Shown here: positions 63,232-64,000 of the stretch, piece by piece
How positions within the stretch are numbered: the stretch's first letter is position 1
Layout: every line of letters begins with the position of its first letter
Source: an uncultured Actinomycetota bacterium
Lineage (GTDB): Bacteria; Actinomycetota; Actinomycetes; Mycobacteriales; CADCTP01
DNA length: 64,000 nucleotides
NCBI GenBank assembly: GCA_963728945.1
Contig: CAVSMA010000004.1
Coordinates: 532,710 to 596,709, forward strand
Direction of reading: 5' to 3'
Translations under genes and position numbers: made by a program
Notes under the pieces: model-generated
What the model saw: the letters and a program-made list of their open reading frames with translations, nothing else
Told to the model about the DNA's origin: nothing
The model's database searches: none

Positions 63232-64000
63232 TCAGGCCGGTCGAAAGGCGTCGCCGACCTCGGCGAAGGCCGCGTGCAGCGCCTCCCGCCACGGCCGCGG
63301 CGCCGGCAACCCGGCCGCCAGCCAGGTCGCCGGGGACAGCACCGAGTAGGCCGGGCGGGGAGCCGGCCGCGGGAACGCGGCCGTGGTCGTCGGCCGGACC
63401 CGGTCCGGGTCGGCGCCGAGCTCGGCGAAGACCGCCCGGGCCAGCCCGTACCAGGTCGTCTCGCCGGCGTTGGTGCAGTGGTAGATGCCGGGCGCCGGGC
63501 CGGCCTCGACCAGCGCGAGCAGGCCGGCGGCGAGGTCCCGCGACCAGGTCGGTGAACCGCGCTGGTCGTCGACCACCGCGACGGTGTCCCGGGTCGCCTC
63601 CAACCGGGCCATGGTCGTGACGAAGTTGCCGCCGCCCGCCCCGTACACCCAGGCGGTACGGACGACCCAGGACCGCTCCGGCAGCAGCTCGCGGACCGCA
63701 CGCTCGCCGGCCAGCTTCGTCCGCCCGTACGCGGAGGCCGGCCGCACCGGCGAATCGACCTGGTAGGGCGCGTCGGCGTCGCCGGCGAAGACGTAGTCGG
63801 TGGACACGTGCACCAACCCGGCACCGTGCAGCGCACAGACCCGGGCCAGCGTGGCCGGCGCCTCGGCGTTGACCGCCGCCGCGGTCGCCTCGTCGGTCTC
63901 GGCCGCATCCACCGCCGTGTAGGCGGCGGCGTTGAGCACCGCGTCCGGCCGGACCTCCTTGACGACCCGCTCCACCGCGGCCGGGTCGGTGACGTCCAGC
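63232..64000 (-). CDS. rmlD: dTDP-4-dehydrorhamnose reductase (C-terminal ~255 aa; 5' end beyond the right edge)
   Basis: DVTDPAAVERVV...VLNAAAYTAVDAAE...VHVSTDYVFAG...SAYGRTKLAGE...RTAWVYG...VVDDQRGSPT. Confidence 0.85.
   Translation of the reverse strand, partial: LDVTDPAAVERVVKEVRPDAVLNAAAYTAVDAAETDEATAAAVNAEAPATLARVCALHGAGLVHVSTDYVFAGDADAPYQVDSPVRPASAYGRTKLAGERAVRELLPERSWVVRTAWVYGAGGGNFVTTMARLEATRDTVAVVDDQRGSPTWSRDLAAGLLALVEAGPAPGIYHCTNAGETTWYGLARAVFAELGADPDRVRPTTTAAFPRPAPRPAYSVLSPATWLAAGLPAPRPWREALHAAFAEVGDAFRPA

Overview
High-GC actinobacterial chromosomal segment, with calls made by eye from motifs and the ORF track (no searches were run). Many long ORFs in the track are antisense artefacts of the GC bias.

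**Gene content, left to right:**
- **1-8603:** a co-directional type IV secretion-like set. It has a pilin-sized membrane protein, a VirB4/TraC-like ATPase, a TrbL/VirB6-like protein and a fused SLT+NlpC/P60 wall hydrolase.
- **9.0-11.5 kb:** a small orphan gene, an MFS transporter and a tandem-domain hypothetical protein.
- **11.7-19.5 kb:** a core block, whiB - fbiA(cofD) - cofE - serine hydrolase - AlkA-like glycosylase - manB - wbbL. This matches the M. tuberculosis Rv3260c-Rv3266c neighbourhood.
- **19.5-63.2 kb:** rmlD only reappears at 63.2 kb, so about 44 kb of mostly envelope-glycan genes lies in between. These include:
  - GT4, GT2 and GT-C-like glycosyltransferases
  - Wzm/Wzt
  - two flippase-like paralogues
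  - eight SAM-methyltransferases
  - a UXS-GT2-YfhO module
- **40.5-51.4 kb:** an embedded accessory patch with a LuxR/LAL regulator, a VOC protein, methyltransferases, a hydrolase-GT fusion, a frameshifted APH(6)-like gene and a DUF222/HNH gene.

**Features not explained by the genes:**
- Many 17-20-bp and 93-bp tandem arrays fill gene 3' flanks and intergenic spaces.
- An iteron-like array and G-quadruplex-prone repeats lie between whiB and fbiA.
- cofE is fused to a Nudix domain.
- The whiB 3' end is duplicated in frame.
- Four genes are frameshifted. One 2-kb membrane-protein gene changes frame roughly every 100 bp.

No rRNA, tRNA, CRISPR array or integrase was seen.
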